Shown: positions 31,924 through 42,639, counted from the stretch's first letter. The stretch is 64,000 bases of DNA from Candidatus Uhrbacteria bacterium (GCA_018664485.1 JABJOE010000006.1:71294-135293); one strand, 5' to 3'. Notes: generated from the sequence alone by a model not told the origin. Translations and numbers: made by a program.

Positions 31924-32847
31924 CTATTCTTTTGCAGCCAAGTAACGTTCAGCCTCAAGCGCTGCCATACATCCGAGTCCCGCAGCCGTAATCGCTTGGC
32001 GATACCATGGATCAACTACATCACCTGCAGCGAACACCCCTTCGATGTTTGTCTTTGTAGAATCAGGCGCGTGCTTAATGTAACCCTTCGGATCAAGTTC
32101 CAAAATATCTTTAAACAATTCCGTTGTCGGTTTATGTCCGATCGCCGCGAAATATCCTTCGACGTCGAGTGTAGACTCATCTCCGGTTTCGTTATTTTTG
32201 ATCTTCACTCCTTGCACTCTTTCCTCTCCCAAAAGCTCAACGGCTTCAGTATTAAAGAGTACTTCAATCTTCTCGTTATCCATCACGCGTTTCTGCATGA
32301 TCTTGGAAGCTCGCATTTCGCCACGCCTTACGAGCAGCGTAACCTTTGACGCGAACTTCGTAAGGAACGTAGCTTCCTCAGCAGCCGAGTCACCTCCACC
32401 GATCACAACTACATGCTTATCGCGGAAGAAAAATCCGTCACAAGTAGCACACGCAGATACTCCCTTACCCTGTAATCGATCCTCTCCCGGAATATTCAAC
32501 CACATAGCACTCGCTCCTGTAGCGATAATCACAGCTTTTGCAGAAAACTCTTTATCTGCGGTCTTAACTATAAACGGTGATGACGAAAAATCAACTTCCG
32601 TTACCAAGTCATCGACCATTTCTGTGTCGAATTTCAAAGCCTGCTTCTTCAAGCGCTCCATAAGATCCGGTCCGAGCACTCCGTCAGGCTCGCCGGGCCA
32701 ATTCTCGACGTCGCTCGTCAACATAAGCTGACCACCAGGCTGTTGCCCTGCGATCATCAAAGGCTTCATGTCAGCACGACCACAATAAATCGCCGCTGTG
32801 TACCCAGCAGGACCAGACCCAATAATTATGACGTTGCGTTCTTCCAT
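31924..32847 (-). CDS. trxB: Thioredoxin reductase
   Basis: GSGPAG, CATCDG, GGGDSAAEEA, YRQAITAAG. Confidence 0.98.
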   Translation of the reverse strand: MEERNVIIIGSGPAGYTAAIYCGRADMKPLMIAGQQPGGQLMLTSDVENWPGEPDGVLGPDLMERLKKQALKFDTEMVDDLVTEVDFSSSPFIVKTADKEFSAKAVIIATGASAMWLNIPGEDRLQGKGVSACATCDGFFFRDKHVVVIGGGDSAAEEATFLTKFASKVTLLVRRGEMRASKIMQKRVMDNEKIEVLFNTEAVELLGEERVQGVKIKNNETGDESTLDVEGYFAAIGHKPTTELFKDILELDPKGYIKHAPDSTKTNIEGVFAAGDVVDPWYRQAITAAGLGCMAALEAERYLAAKE

Positions 32848-32853
32848 ATAAAT

Positions 32854-33165
32854 TTACGCTGCGTGCTTTTCAAGCTTTTCTTTTAGCGCGTCTTTACTCA
32901 TCGATCCTGAAAACTGCTCAACAACCTGTCCTGATTTGAAAACAATAAAAGTTGGGATAGATAGAACGTTAAACTGTCGCGCCAATTCAGCGTTGTCGTC
33001 AACGTTTACCTTTCCGATCGTAACTCCATCCATTTCACTCGCAAGCTCATCCACGACAGGACTCATAACCTTACAAGGACCACACCATGGAGCCCAGAAG
33101 TCTACCAGAACAACATTCTGTGCTTGCAAAACAGTTGCGTCAAAAGAGTCAGCTGTAAGATCCAT
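32854..33165 (-). CDS. trxA: Thioredoxin
   Basis: WCGPC motif, SIPT. Confidence 0.98.
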   Translation of the reverse strand: MDLTADSFDATVLQAQNVVLVDFWAPWCGPCKVMSPVVDELASEMDGVTIGKVNVDDNAELARQFNVLSIPTFIVFKSGQVVEQFSGSMSKDALKEKLEKHAA

Positions 33166-33338
33166 ATAAAGTTATTAAGTCATTAAGTGGCTAAGTCGTT
33201 GAGTCGATGAGGACCCTATAGCTGTGGCATTGTAACAAGCGGATGATGGATTGACAAAGTTGCCGAATATTGGTAGAAAAAGGCGGTCTAAAAAGACAGG
33301 TCCCATACGTTCCTCCACAAATTTCAAAGAGTATTGTC

Positions 33339-33915
33339 ATGACCACTTCCGGTCTGAAACCTTGTTGGCACGATCCGCGTTACGACCTCTTGAAGCTCGC
33401 TACCATGACGGCAGCATGGGGACCGAGACTGCCCGGTATCGCCCTGTACGCACTTCCAAAAACCATCAACGGACTGGATCCGGAAGATGTGCTTGCTGTA
33501 GAGAAGGCGTGCTTCAAAGACGGTCTATCGGGAATGAGCGGAATTGAATCGTGCTGGTCAAACAAACCAGGACTCGAGACAATCGTCCCAATCCACGAAC
33601 TTCAAGGCAGTAGGCGAATCACCATCTTGCGCATTCAAGGAAGGCTCATCCGCATTCCTACATTTTTCAAAATGGGGGGGGCGACGCTGTCCGCTGATCC
33701 AATTTGGACGCAATCGTGACCTCATCGATATGGGTATTGATATGAAAACTCCCGAATGTGTGAATTTCATTCACCAGTGGGGCTGGGGATGGCGCAATAA
33801 GGCAAACGACGAAATCGCATACCGAGACACAGTACATCCGCTCATTCTTCCCAACTCTTTCACTGTCGACGACGAAGAGCCCACCCGAGAGACAACAATT
33901 CCCAGACCTGCGTAA
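33339..33915 (+). pseudogene. Orphan gene apparently split by a G8 tract (ORFs 33339-33719 and a downstream frame ending 33915)
   Basis: TTGACA promoter at 33251 and a terminator-like hairpin after 33915 bracket both frames; deleting one G at 33674-33681 fuses them into 191 aa. Confidence 0.45.
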
Positions 33916-34016
33916 TTCACGCTCGTGCCCCGCTCCTCACTCGAGGTGCGGGGCTGCTGCTTATAAGAAAAAAGAGCCCACGCAGGCTCTCTTTCTTTTA
34001 TACTTTTGCTATAACT

Positions 34017-36047
34017 CTACGCTCCTGGGACTTCCAGTGTACGAGCGTGTTCTTCCTCAGTATAGATTTCAAGTACATCTCCCTCTTCGATCTTTGCCTT
34101 TCCGGTAAACCCGATTCCACATTGCTGACCTTCCAGCACATCCTTCACGTCTACCTTTCCGGCTTGAAGAGAGTTGATCCGTCCTTCGGCAATAACTACA
34201 TCGTCTCGCACGACACGAGCAGTAGCACCGACGGCAACAGACCCTTTACTTACAGCACCACCCACAACCATTCCCTTAACGAGCTTTTGGAAGATAGCGA
34301 GCACCTTTACTGATCCGAGCTCTGTGTAAACCTTCTCAGCAGGAATCAAAATCTTCAACTTTTCTACAACTTCTTCGAATAGCTTGTAGATCACCTTGTA
34401 CTCATGAATATCAACGTTTTTATCACGTGCTAACCGAGACGCAGCAGACGAGGGCTTAACACCAAAGGCAATAAGCATTGCATCTGTCGCCTCAGCGGAC
34501 AACACATCTGATTCGTTGATCGTTCCAAGACCCTTAGACACAACCTTCACACCGACGTGAGGGTTATCGATCTTTTCGATCATTCCAAGCAATGCCTCAA
34601 GCGAACCTAAAACGTCTGATCGGATAATAAGGTTTAAAATAACTTTCTGTTCGTCACCGCTATCTTCTTCACCATCCTGAACAGCCTTAGTTTTACGAAC
34701 AGTCATCTCCTGCACACCAACCTTGCGTGATGGCTGAGCCTTCAATTTTTGTAAATCTTTTGCCTTCACTGGAACTTCCAGAATATCCCCGATGGAAGGT
34801 GCTGATTTGAATCCTAAAATTCGAACCGGAGTCGACGGGGCAGCCTTTTTTGTATCCTGCCCATCCCAAGTCTTCATGGCACGCACTCGACCGTAGTTCA
34901 CTCCACGGACACCAAGCACGTCTCCGGTTGAAAGAGATCCGGTCTGCACCAATACGGTAGCTACAGGACCCTGCCCTTTATCAACGTGGGACTCAATAAT
35001 CGTTCCAATAGCACGACGCTTTGGATTTGCTACGATCTTCGCTTTTTCAATGTCAGCAACGAGTAGAAGCATGTCCAAAAGCTGGTCAATGTTCTCGCCA
35101 GTCTTTGCAGACACTCCAACCATCACAGTATCTCCTCCCCATTCCTCTGAAATCAAACCGAGTTCAGAAAGCTGGTTTCGAATCTTATCTAAATTCGCTT
35201 CAGGTTTATCAATCTTGTTAATCGCTACAACGAAAGGAAGTTTCGCCGCTTTAACGATGTCGATTGCCTCGCGAGTCTGAGGTTGTACTCCGTCGTCAGC
35301 AGCAACTACCAAAATAGCCATGTCAGCAACCTTCGCACCACGCGATCGCATCACTGTGAAGGCTTCATGTCCAGGCGTATCGATAAATGTCATGTCTCGG
35401 CCCTTTCGCAAAACCTGATAGGCACCGATATGCTGTGTAATTCCACCAGACTCAGTATCAACGATATTTGTAGATCGAATGGAGTCTAGCAAAAGTGTTT
35501 TTCCGTGATCAACGTGTCCCATCACAACGATAACCGGTGGACGGTCCAACAGATCCTTCTTGTCTTCAGCTGCTAACACCTCCGCGAGTCTATCAACCCC
35601 CTCGTCAGCTACATCCTCTTCTGTTCCCTCTTTTCGCTCAGCGATGAATCCGAGGTCTTCAGCAATAATTGCCGCTGTGTCAAAATCAATTTGCTCGTTT
35701 AGTGACGCTAGGATACCCGCACGCATGAGCTCCTGCATTACCTTGGCGATCGGAAGACTCAATGCCTCTGAAAATTCTCGCACTGAAACTGCTGACGGAA
35801 TATAGACCTTCTCAGCTGTTCCATCCTGCACCTTAGCTTTACGCTCGGCACGCGCTCGCTGGTCGGCACGCTTCTTATCCAAGTACTGACGCTTCTGGTG
35901 CTGGCGCCATGCATACATGATCCGTCCTGCATCACGATCTGGAATCTTGATTGCCTTTTCTCCAATATCAAAACCGAGCTCTGGCAACTTTGCTCGGAGC
36001 TCATCTGTGGAAATTCGCAGTTTGCGAGCCAGGTGGGAAATATTCAT
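34017..36047 (-). CDS. infB: Translation initiation factor IF-2
   Basis: [38 protein letters not shown]. Confidence 0.98.
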   Translation of the reverse strand: MNISHLARKLRISTDELRAKLPELGFDIGEKAIKIPDRDAGRIMYAWRQHQKRQYLDKKRADQRARAERKAKVQDGTAEKVYIPSAVSVREFSEALSLPIAKVMQELMRAGILASLNEQIDFDTAAIIAEDLGFIAERKEGTEEDVADEGVDRLAEVLAAEDKKDLLDRPPVIVVMGHVDHGKTLLLDSIRSTNIVDTESGGITQHIGAYQVLRKGRDMTFIDTPGHEAFTVMRSRGAKVADMAILVVAADDGVQPQTREAIDIVKAAKLPFVVAINKIDKPEANLDKIRNQLSELGLISEEWGGDTVMVGVSAKTGENIDQLLDMLLLVADIEKAKIVANPKRRAIGTIIESHVDKGQGPVATVLVQTGSLSTGDVLGVRGVNYGRVRAMKTWDGQDTKKAAPSTPVRILGFKSAPSIGDILEVPVKAKDLQKLKAQPSRKVGVQEMTVRKTKAVQDGEEDSGDEQKVILNLIIRSDVLGSLEALLGMIEKIDNPHVGVKVVSKGLGTINESDVLSAEATDAMLIAFGVKPSSAASRLARDKNVDIHEYKVIYKLFEEVVEKLKILIPAEKVYTELGSVKVLAIFQKLVKGMVVGGAVSKGSVAVGATARVVRDDVVIAEGRINSLQAGKVDVKDVLEGQQCGIGFTGKAKIEEGDVLEIYTEEEHARTLEVPGA

Positions 36048-36144
36048 GGCCGAAGGATAGCCAAAATTGGGCTAATCGTCAAGGAATGGTGGCATGACCT
36101 GTAAAATGGCTTATCAAAGAGAATCGTCTGCTATATTGGCAAAA

Positions 36145-36630
36145 TTACTCTATATACGACATTAAATTAATGCTCGACTGCCACTGGGGTGAACAGGCAC
36201 CAATCTCAAAAACACTTTCGCTGTACATCATGTAATAGCCGCTTGATGATTCTGAGTACCCAGCCACATTCGAATCACTCGGTAAAATATCTAAATAAGG
36301 TGCAAATAGCTCGCTCACATCCATACATGGCATCACGCTTGAACACTCACCCGCCACAACAGGCCCGCCACAACTCTCACCCGTACCAATCATCATAGTC
36401 CTCTCTCCCAAATCATCCATTAACGCCCAGAACTTCTCCGGAGACTCTTCACGCAACTCAAGCGCCGCTACCATCAAGCTCCGTACATCATCTTGTCTAA
36501 CCTCATCGTGCTGACGCTCAAGTTCTGTAAACGGATTTGAAAATAATAGACCCGACACAATAACGAGCACAAATACAAACAGACATGCTGCGATGACGTC
36601 GATCAATGTGTACCCCTGTGGTCTATGCAT
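36145..36630 (-). CDS. Prepilin-type (type IV pilin-like) protein
   Basis: QG|YTLID class III signal-like motif, TM helix, D..R.DDV..L pattern, C-terminal Cys residues. Confidence 0.7.
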   Translation of the reverse strand: MHRPQGYTLIDVIAACLFVFVLVIVSGLLFSNPFTELERQHDEVRQDDVRSLMVAALELREESPEKFWALMDDLGERTMMIGTGESCGGPVVAGECSSVMPCMDVSELFAPYLDILPSDSNVAGYSESSSGYYMMYSESVFEIGACSPQWQSSINLMSYIE

Positions 36631-36687
36631 ACAAAATAAGTATACTCTCATGTTGAAATAAATAAAAAGATGGTAGGATCAAAATGT

Positions 36688-37407
36688 ATGGATTCAAACA
36701 CAGGCTTTCTACTTATAAACAAACCGCCAGGCATGACGAGCCACGACGTTGTCGATGTTTTGCGCCGAGTAACTGGTATTAGGAAAATCGGACATGCCGG
36801 TACGCTTGACCCCTTTGCAACCGGACTTCTTCTGGTCGCCGTCGGCCGTGGTGCTACAAAACGGATATCTCAGTTCGTCGGACTTGATAAAACATACGAG
36901 GCAGAATTTGTTATTGGAGCTACAACAGAAACGCTAGACCCAGAATCTGAAGTACAAATCGATGAAAGGTTAAAAGATGATCACTCTTTGGTCATCAATC
37001 CTACCTGTGTCGTAAACGAATTTCATGGACCGATGAAGCAGGTGCCTCCAATGTACTCAGCTATAAAAATCAAAGGGAAGAAACTATATAATCTTGCTCG
37101 TGAAGGAAAGACTGTAGAACGTGAACCTCGAGACATCACCGTTCACTCATTTAAAATGCTCAAAGAGCCGTGGACGGAAGATGGACTTATGATTTTGTCC
37201 GTTCAAACCGAAGTATCAAGTGGCACCTATATTCGAGTTATGGCACAGGATCTGGCAGCACAGCTCAAAACGCTCGGATACGTCCGCACACTCAACCGAA
37301 GCACAATTGGGCCTTTTCTCCTTAAAGATGCTACTGATCTGAAAGACGTGACGCCTGAAAATTGGCCAAGTCTCCTCAAAAATCTAGAGGTTGAGGCGAT
37401 TGACTAG
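36688..37407 (+). CDS. truB: tRNA pseudouridine(55) synthase
   Basis: NKPPGMTSHDVV, GHAGTLDPFATG, PPMYSAIK, SGTYIR. Confidence 0.97.
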   Translation: MDSNTGFLLINKPPGMTSHDVVDVLRRVTGIRKIGHAGTLDPFATGLLLVAVGRGATKRISQFVGLDKTYEAEFVIGATTETLDPESEVQIDERLKDDHSLVINPTCVVNEFHGPMKQVPPMYSAIKIKGKKLYNLAREGKTVEREPRDITVHSFKMLKEPWTEDGLMILSVQTEVSSGTYIRVMAQDLAAQLKTLGYVRTLNRSTIGPFLLKDATDLKDVTPENWPSLLKNLEVEAID

Positions 37408-37448
37408 CAGCCGTTAGAGTGATAACCTGCGGTTGTGAATATTAACTA

Positions 37449-37594
37449 TCGTTAGCTTCGAAATTGATTTCAAAGCGAGCGTAATAAGGATCCGGACGGA
37501 AAATAGTCGCCACCTGAGGTATAAAATCGAATTATCTTCGAATATGCGTTTACTAAACGCACTACTACCAAGCAATCAAGTTCAAGCGTAACGA
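37449..37594 (+). ncRNA. Putative 6S-like rod-shaped RNA / rny leader
   Basis: 5' TCGTTAGCTT..TTGATT pairs with 3' AATCAA..AAGC.TAACGA; promoter TTGACT-17-TAACCT just upstream; located before rny. Confidence 0.45.
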
Positions 37595-37636
37595 GACCTA
37601 GTCTCGTAAATTTTCTTTCTCCGGTCCAATAAGAAT

Positions 37637-39166
37637 ATGAATACTATTGGTTTATTTTTGGGTCTCATCGGTCTTGCCCTTGGAGGCGCTATCGGATACG
37701 TCGTACGACAGGCACTAGTTAAAGGAAAGGTAAAGTCAGCTGAATCAAAAGCTGAGTCCATCCTTAAAAACGCAAAAAGTGAGGAACAGGCAATCCTTCT
37801 AAAAGCAAAGGAGCAGGCCCTTGCATCTCTTGATGAAGGCCGGCAAGAGGCGAATGAGCAGAAGCAAGAAATCAAACAAGCTCAGAAGCGTCTTGAGGAA
37901 CGTGAAAATCGTTTCGACAAAAACCTCCTAGAGCTTGAGAACACTAAAACTCGTCTACAAGAAAAAGAACTCTCCTATCACGCAAAGGAAGAAGAAATTG
38001 AGGAGTTGCGAAAGCAGGAAATGGTTAAGCTTCAAGAGGTTGCGAGCCTTACAAAGGAACAAGCACAGCAAAATCTATTCGACATGGTTGAAGAAGATTC
38101 AAAGGAAGCTATCCTTGGCCGTATCAAAAAGCTAGATGAACAGGGTGAGGAAGAAATGGATATCCGTGCACAGAAAATCCTGTCACTTGTAATCCAACGT
38201 TTCGCTTCATCCCACGTGGTTGACGCAACAACAACACTTGTAAGTCTCCCCTCAGACGATATGAAGGGACGAATCATCGGAAAGGAAGGACGTAACATCA
38301 AAGCGCTTGAACGCCTTACTGGTTGCGAACTTATTATCGACGACACTCCTGAGATGATTACAATCTCTGGGTTCTCCCCCGTTCGCCGACAGGTTGCAAA
38401 GAAAGCGCTTGAGATGTTGATCAAGGATGGTCGCATCCAGCCGGCTCGCATTGAAACTGCAGTGAACGATTCAAAGAAGGGTCTTGCAAAAGAAATGAAG
38501 AAGGCTGGTGAAGACGCTTTGTACGAACTTGGAATTCCAGTTTCATCTATTGATCCAAAACTAACATCTATCTTGGGACGTTTGAAGTTCCGTACTAGCT
38601 ACGGACAGAATGTACTGCAGCACTCAGTAGAGGTTGCACGAATTTCGGGAATGATCGCCGAGGAGTTAGGGGCCGATGCTTTCGCATGTAAAAAAGGTGG
38701 ACTCTTCCACGACATTGGAAAAGCTGTTGACCACGACATGCAAGGAGCTCATCCAGAAATCGGTTACAACATTATGAAAAAGTTTGGTTGGCCAGAAGAT
38801 CTCTGTTACCAATCAATCGCCCACCACGAAGACAAGCCACGTACGCTTGAAGGTGTCATCGTGAAGGCAGCTGATGCAATTTCCGGAGCGCGGCCTGGAG
38901 CACGTCGAAATACCGTTGAGGATTACATTCAGCGATTGCAGAACCTGGAAGATACGGCTGCAAGTTTTGAGGGAGTTGATAAAGCGTATGCAATTCAAGC
39001 AGGACGTGAGGTGCGAGTATTCGTTTCACCTGGAAAAGTTGATGATTACACTGCCCATAACCTAGCTCGTGACATCGCAAAACGCATTGAAAACGAGTTA
39101 ACATATCCTGGAGAGGTCCGAGTTACAGTGATCCGAGAAACTCGAGTTACTGAGTACGCAAGGTAA
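37637..39166 (+). CDS. rny: Ribonuclease Y
   Basis: N-terminal TM, coiled coil, KH (KGRIIGKEGRNI), HD domain (RTSYGQN, HDIGK), ADAISGARPGAR. Confidence 0.98.
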   Translation: MNTIGLFLGLIGLALGGAIGYVVRQALVKGKVKSAESKAESILKNAKSEEQAILLKAKEQALASLDEGRQEANEQKQEIKQAQKRLEERENRFDKNLLELENTKTRLQEKELSYHAKEEEIEELRKQEMVKLQEVASLTKEQAQQNLFDMVEEDSKEAILGRIKKLDEQGEEEMDIRAQKILSLVIQRFASSHVVDATTTLVSLPSDDMKGRIIGKEGRNIKALERLTGCELIIDDTPEMITISGFSPVRRQVAKKALEMLIKDGRIQPARIETAVNDSKKGLAKEMKKAGEDALYELGIPVSSIDPKLTSILGRLKFRTSYGQNVLQHSVEVARISGMIAEELGADAFACKKGGLFHDIGKAVDHDMQGAHPEIGYNIMKKFGWPEDLCYQSIAHHEDKPRTLEGVIVKAADAISGARPGARRNTVEDYIQRLQNLEDTAASFEGVDKAYAIQAGREVRVFVSPGKVDDYTAHNLARDIAKRIENELTYPGEVRVTVIRETRVTEYAR

Positions 39167-39219
39167 CTATTGAGGCCAACACTAGACAAGAAACTCGATT
39201 AGATCTATACTTTCGCCGT

Positions 39220-39513
39220 ATGAATAAAGCTACACTTGCTCTGAAGATCGCTGAGAAGCTCGACATTCCTAAAAAGAATGCCGAAGACATGATCGCTGCC
39301 TTCCAAGAAATCGTCATCAATACGTTGAAAAACGATCAAGATGTAACGATTGCCGGATTTGGAACTTTCTCATCACGTGTACGTGCAGCACGTAAGGGTG
39401 TGAATCCACGAAAGCCAACTGAAATTATAAATGTACCCGCAGTAAAGGTACCAAAGTTCAAAGCTGGAAAGAGACTAAAGGACGAATTGAAAGCAAGTAC
39501 ACCAGCACAGTAG
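39220..39513 (+). CDS. hup: HU family DNA-binding protein
   Basis: MNKATL, GFGTF, RKGVNPR, PKFKAGKRLKD. Confidence 0.96.
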   Translation: MNKATLALKIAEKLDIPKKNAEDMIAAFQEIVINTLKNDQDVTIAGFGTFSSRVRAARKGVNPRKPTEIINVPAVKVPKFKAGKRLKDELKASTPAQ

Positions 39514-39577
39514 AATAAATAAAAATACTCGCGAGAAATCGCGGGTGTTTTTTTTTGTTTTAACGCTACTCCGGCGA

Positions 39578-39606
39578 TTGACAAAACCTTAATATAAGGC
39601 TATAGT
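39578..39606 (+). promoter_or_regulatory. Near-consensus sigma70 promoter for the orphan gene at 39646
   Basis: TTGACA-17 nt-TATAGT. Confidence 0.75.
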
Positions 39607-39645
39607 CCTCGACCATACTCAACCCGAGATGGACAGGAGACTAAC

Positions 39646-40242
39646 ATGACCACACCTTCCGACTCGGATAGAGTAAACAACGTATTCCCGCTCTTGATGT
39701 CGAGGACCCCAAGCGACGACACGAAGGAAGTTGAACAACCCGACGCAGCACCTCAATCCGTAGTGCCGCATCCCAACACAACACCGCTAAACGCCAACCT
39801 CAGTGGCGATGACGTCGTTGCACTTGTGAAGGTCCAAGCTGAAGCCCGAGGAGCCAACGGACAGAATTCTAAGTTCATCGACTATGATGGGTGGGAATGT
39901 TCAATCGGAGACATCACCCTTTCCGTCTTCACGCTGAAACGCGGGGAGCCTAGGGTTATTGACACCTTCGTCAATGTAACGAAAGGGACCGGCAAAAGCG
40001 CACGCAAGGTCTGTGGCGTAGCACGCTCAAAGCAAGGCGATGGCAGTCTTCTGTGGGAACTCACGATCTTCCCCCACACTCCCGAAAAGCTCAAGGCACT
40101 GAAAGACAAGTGGCCAGTAATACGAGGTGATGGAGGTATCATTTACGGTACCCATGACATCAACCCACGTGATGTCATCAGAGCACTCAAAGAACTTGTC
40201 ACCGCCTTCCTGTCCATCGGGCGAGGTAGTGACGAGGACTAG
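39646..40242 (+). CDS. Hypothetical protein
   Basis: 198-aa ORF with AGGAGA SD and its own promoter; no recognised motif. Confidence 0.7.
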   Translation: MTTPSDSDRVNNVFPLLMSRTPSDDTKEVEQPDAAPQSVVPHPNTTPLNANLSGDDVVALVKVQAEARGANGQNSKFIDYDGWECSIGDITLSVFTLKRGEPRVIDTFVNVTKGTGKSARKVCGVARSKQGDGSLLWELTIFPHTPEKLKALKDKWPVIRGDGGIIYGTHDINPRDVIRALKELVTAFLSIGRGSDED

Positions 40243-40523
40243 AAAACGCCACAACGCGACACGCGCTCCCCCTGACCTGCCGACTTTGGTCAGGGGCTCG
40301 ACTAAGATCTTCATTGAGATTTTTGAGAGCCTAAAGGCCGATGTGGACTCCCACCTTGTCATATCTTCAAATCGAGCTATACTACCTGCGTGATTGTGAC
40401 TGATCGCCAATAGCTTCGTTCCTTATAGGACGAGGTTATTGTTTTTCTGCAGTTAAATACAGCCCGATCGATACAAAAAACCCCACCAAAAGGTGAGGTT
40501 TTTATTTTGCTATATGTCTTCGT

Positions 40524-41783
40524 CTATTCTTCCATCCAAGCATCTACGCTTGCGACAATGTCGCTCAGCTTCACTAAATTCATATCCGTACTCGTTCTCT
40601 CTTTCCACTCAACCGAATCGTCAACAAGAGTCTTTTGTGAAATTACGAGACGCAGTGGTAACCCAATCAAATCCGCATCTCCAAACTTCGCTCCAGGAGA
40701 AACGCCAGGCCGATCATCCCACAGAACTTCTACTCCAACATCTTTCAAACCTTGGTATAGATCTTCAGATGCGTTATCAATTCTATTCTGAACTTCTTCA
40801 TCCTTAGATGATAGAGAAAGCAGATGAACTGCGAACGGAGCCACAGACTTTGGCCAAATCATTCCGCGTTCGTCGTTGTGAACTTCTACAATAGACCCCA
40901 TCACGCGCGACGGACCAATTCCATAACAACCCATGATAATATCTACCATCTTTCCATCAGCTCCTGGAACCTTCATTTTGAAAGCCTCCGAGAAACGACA
41001 TTCAAGCGGGAAAATATTTCCAACCTCGATGGATTTTTTAATCTCGTACTTCTCTTCGTTCTTCCAATCTTCCTCTGGAATAATTTCGCGGTTCATCACC
41101 TCACCAGATGCGCGATCAATATAAATATGATCTTCACCTGCATCCGTTGCAACCTGGAATTCATGCGAATGCTTTTCTGTAAACACACCACCTGATGCTG
41201 CAGTAACTACGGCGTCTAATCCACAACGCGTATACACGTTAAGATAAGCAACCTTTGCCTTCTCATAAAAATCTAGAAAGTCTGCTTCGTCAGCATGGAA
41301 GCTGTAAAGATCTTTCATTGAGAACTCTCGTCCACGCAGCAGTCCAGATTTTGCACGAGGTTCATTACGGAACTTATCTTGAATCTGATACACGGCAACT
41401 GGCAAATCTTTATAAGAATTTACGAACTCCTTCACAAGAGGCGTTACAACCTCTTCAGCTGTAGAGCTCAAACTATATTTTTTTCCACCGGCTCCATCTA
41501 ACTTAAACATGACATCGATCTTATCCCAGCGATCTGTTGAGTCATAAAGATGCTTTGGGTGAAGTGCCGGCATCAAAACCTCCTGAGCACCAAGAGCGTC
41601 CATCTCTTCTCTAACGATATTCTTAATCTTATCAAGTACCCGAAGACCAAGTGGGAGATATGTGTAGATCCCCGCAGCTAGCTGACTTATAAAACCAGCC
41701 TGTGTTAGCAAACGCGCGTTTGGCGAGTCTGCGTCGGCAGGTGCGTCCTTACGTGTTTTTGTAAATAGATGTGATTGCTTCAT
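40524..41783 (-). CDS. proS: Proline--tRNA ligase (short, lacking the editing insertion)
   Basis: GIYTYLPLG, QDKFRNEPRAKSGLLRGREF, IEVGNIF, MGCYGIG, WPKSVAPF, anticodon-binding domain. Confidence 0.97.
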   Translation of the reverse strand: MKQSHLFTKTRKDAPADADSPNARLLTQAGFISQLAAGIYTYLPLGLRVLDKIKNIVREEMDALGAQEVLMPALHPKHLYDSTDRWDKIDVMFKLDGAGGKKYSLSSTAEEVVTPLVKEFVNSYKDLPVAVYQIQDKFRNEPRAKSGLLRGREFSMKDLYSFHADEADFLDFYEKAKVAYLNVYTRCGLDAVVTAASGGVFTEKHSHEFQVATDAGEDHIYIDRASGEVMNREIIPEEDWKNEEKYEIKKSIEVGNIFPLECRFSEAFKMKVPGADGKMVDIIMGCYGIGPSRVMGSIVEVHNDERGMIWPKSVAPFAVHLLSLSSKDEEVQNRIDNASEDLYQGLKDVGVEVLWDDRPGVSPGAKFGDADLIGLPLRLVISQKTLVDDSVEWKERTSTDMNLVKLSDIVASVDAWMEE

Positions 41784-41786
41784 ATG

Positions 41787-41911
41787 AAGAACTTACGTAT
41801 TTGGACCATTTTAGACTTATGGAGCCTCTATTGAAGCTCATCGTACAATATTAGTACGCCTGGTACAAACGCCTCCATGTATTGAAACCGATCTCAAATA
41901 TGAAAGTTCTT
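41787..41911. repeat. Dispersed palindromic element copy E (proS 5' region)
   Basis: Minus strand ATTTGAGATC...CGTAC-TAATATT-GTACGATGAG...CATAAGTCTAAAATGGTCCAAAT, ending 15 nt before the proS ATG. Confidence 0.8.
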
Positions 41912-42002
41912 TCGAGCGAATGCTCGCTTTTTGACATTTGCTGCAAATGAAAGACCGCCCCTGAGACCGCGAGGCGGTCTCAGGGGCGGTACGCGGTTGC
42001 GC

Positions 42003-42467
42003 TTACTGGACAGTGACTGCCGCACCTACGTTTCCGCAGGCATCCCTTGCGATCCTGGACGCCAGCATCTGTCGACGATATTCATCATGCCCTGTGTCGA
42101 ACGCCCAATCGACATAGTAGCCACCCAGACAGCGAGTGAGCACCCCAGGAGACCACGCGTCCGCAGGGTCTCCAGTGAAGCTGCCGATAGTGGGGACCAC
42201 GAAGGTTGGAGTGATCGAACCGTAGTCGACCATTGCCTGAGCGGGCGGGCTCGTAGGCAGAATTGGCTCAGCTACCCCGTACGGGAGCATGTAGGTAGTG
42301 GCCGTAGTGTCATTCGTGACCATGTCCAGGCTATCCAAGCCCTCAGGCCAGAAGTCTGGCAACACCACATAGACGTGATCAGGTGATTCAGCCGAGGCCT
42401 CATCGGGAGCGTCGCTAGGCCCACCACAACGGGGAACGAACATGAAAGCGAGAAATACAGTACGCAT
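42003..42467 (-). CDS. Hypothetical secreted/lipoprotein-like protein
   Basis: MRTVFLAFMFVPRCGG N-terminus, AAGGA SD, TTGACA-17-TACTTT promoter at 42546-42574, GC hairpin at about 41953-41990 downstream. Confidence 0.6.
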   Translation of the reverse strand: MRTVFLAFMFVPRCGGPSDAPDEASAESPDHVYVVLPDFWPEGLDSLDMVTNDTTATTYMLPYGVAEPILPTSPPAQAMVDYGSITPTFVVPTIGSFTGDPADAWSPGVLTRCLGGYYVDWAFDTGHDEYRRQMLASRIARDACGNVGAAVTVQ

Positions 42468-42585
42468 GACTGTCCTTTTGAATTGGTGCGACAAGCCCTG
42501 CCGCAGGGGAAAATGATCTCCTATCAAGGTTCACAAAGACGCTTCAAAGTAGCACTAAATAGGCCCCATGTCAATCCATCGCTGC

Positions 42586-42612
42586 ACTAAACGCAAATGA
42601 GTTGCGTTTAGT
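42586..42612. promoter_or_regulatory. Palindromic operator, probable Zur/Fur-family box for znuACB
   Basis: ACTAAACGCAA-ATGAG-TTGCGTTTAGT perfect 11-bp arms, 27 nt before the znuA ATG. Confidence 0.65.
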
Positions 42613-42639
42613 ACCCACATTCTGCTACGCTATAGAGGT

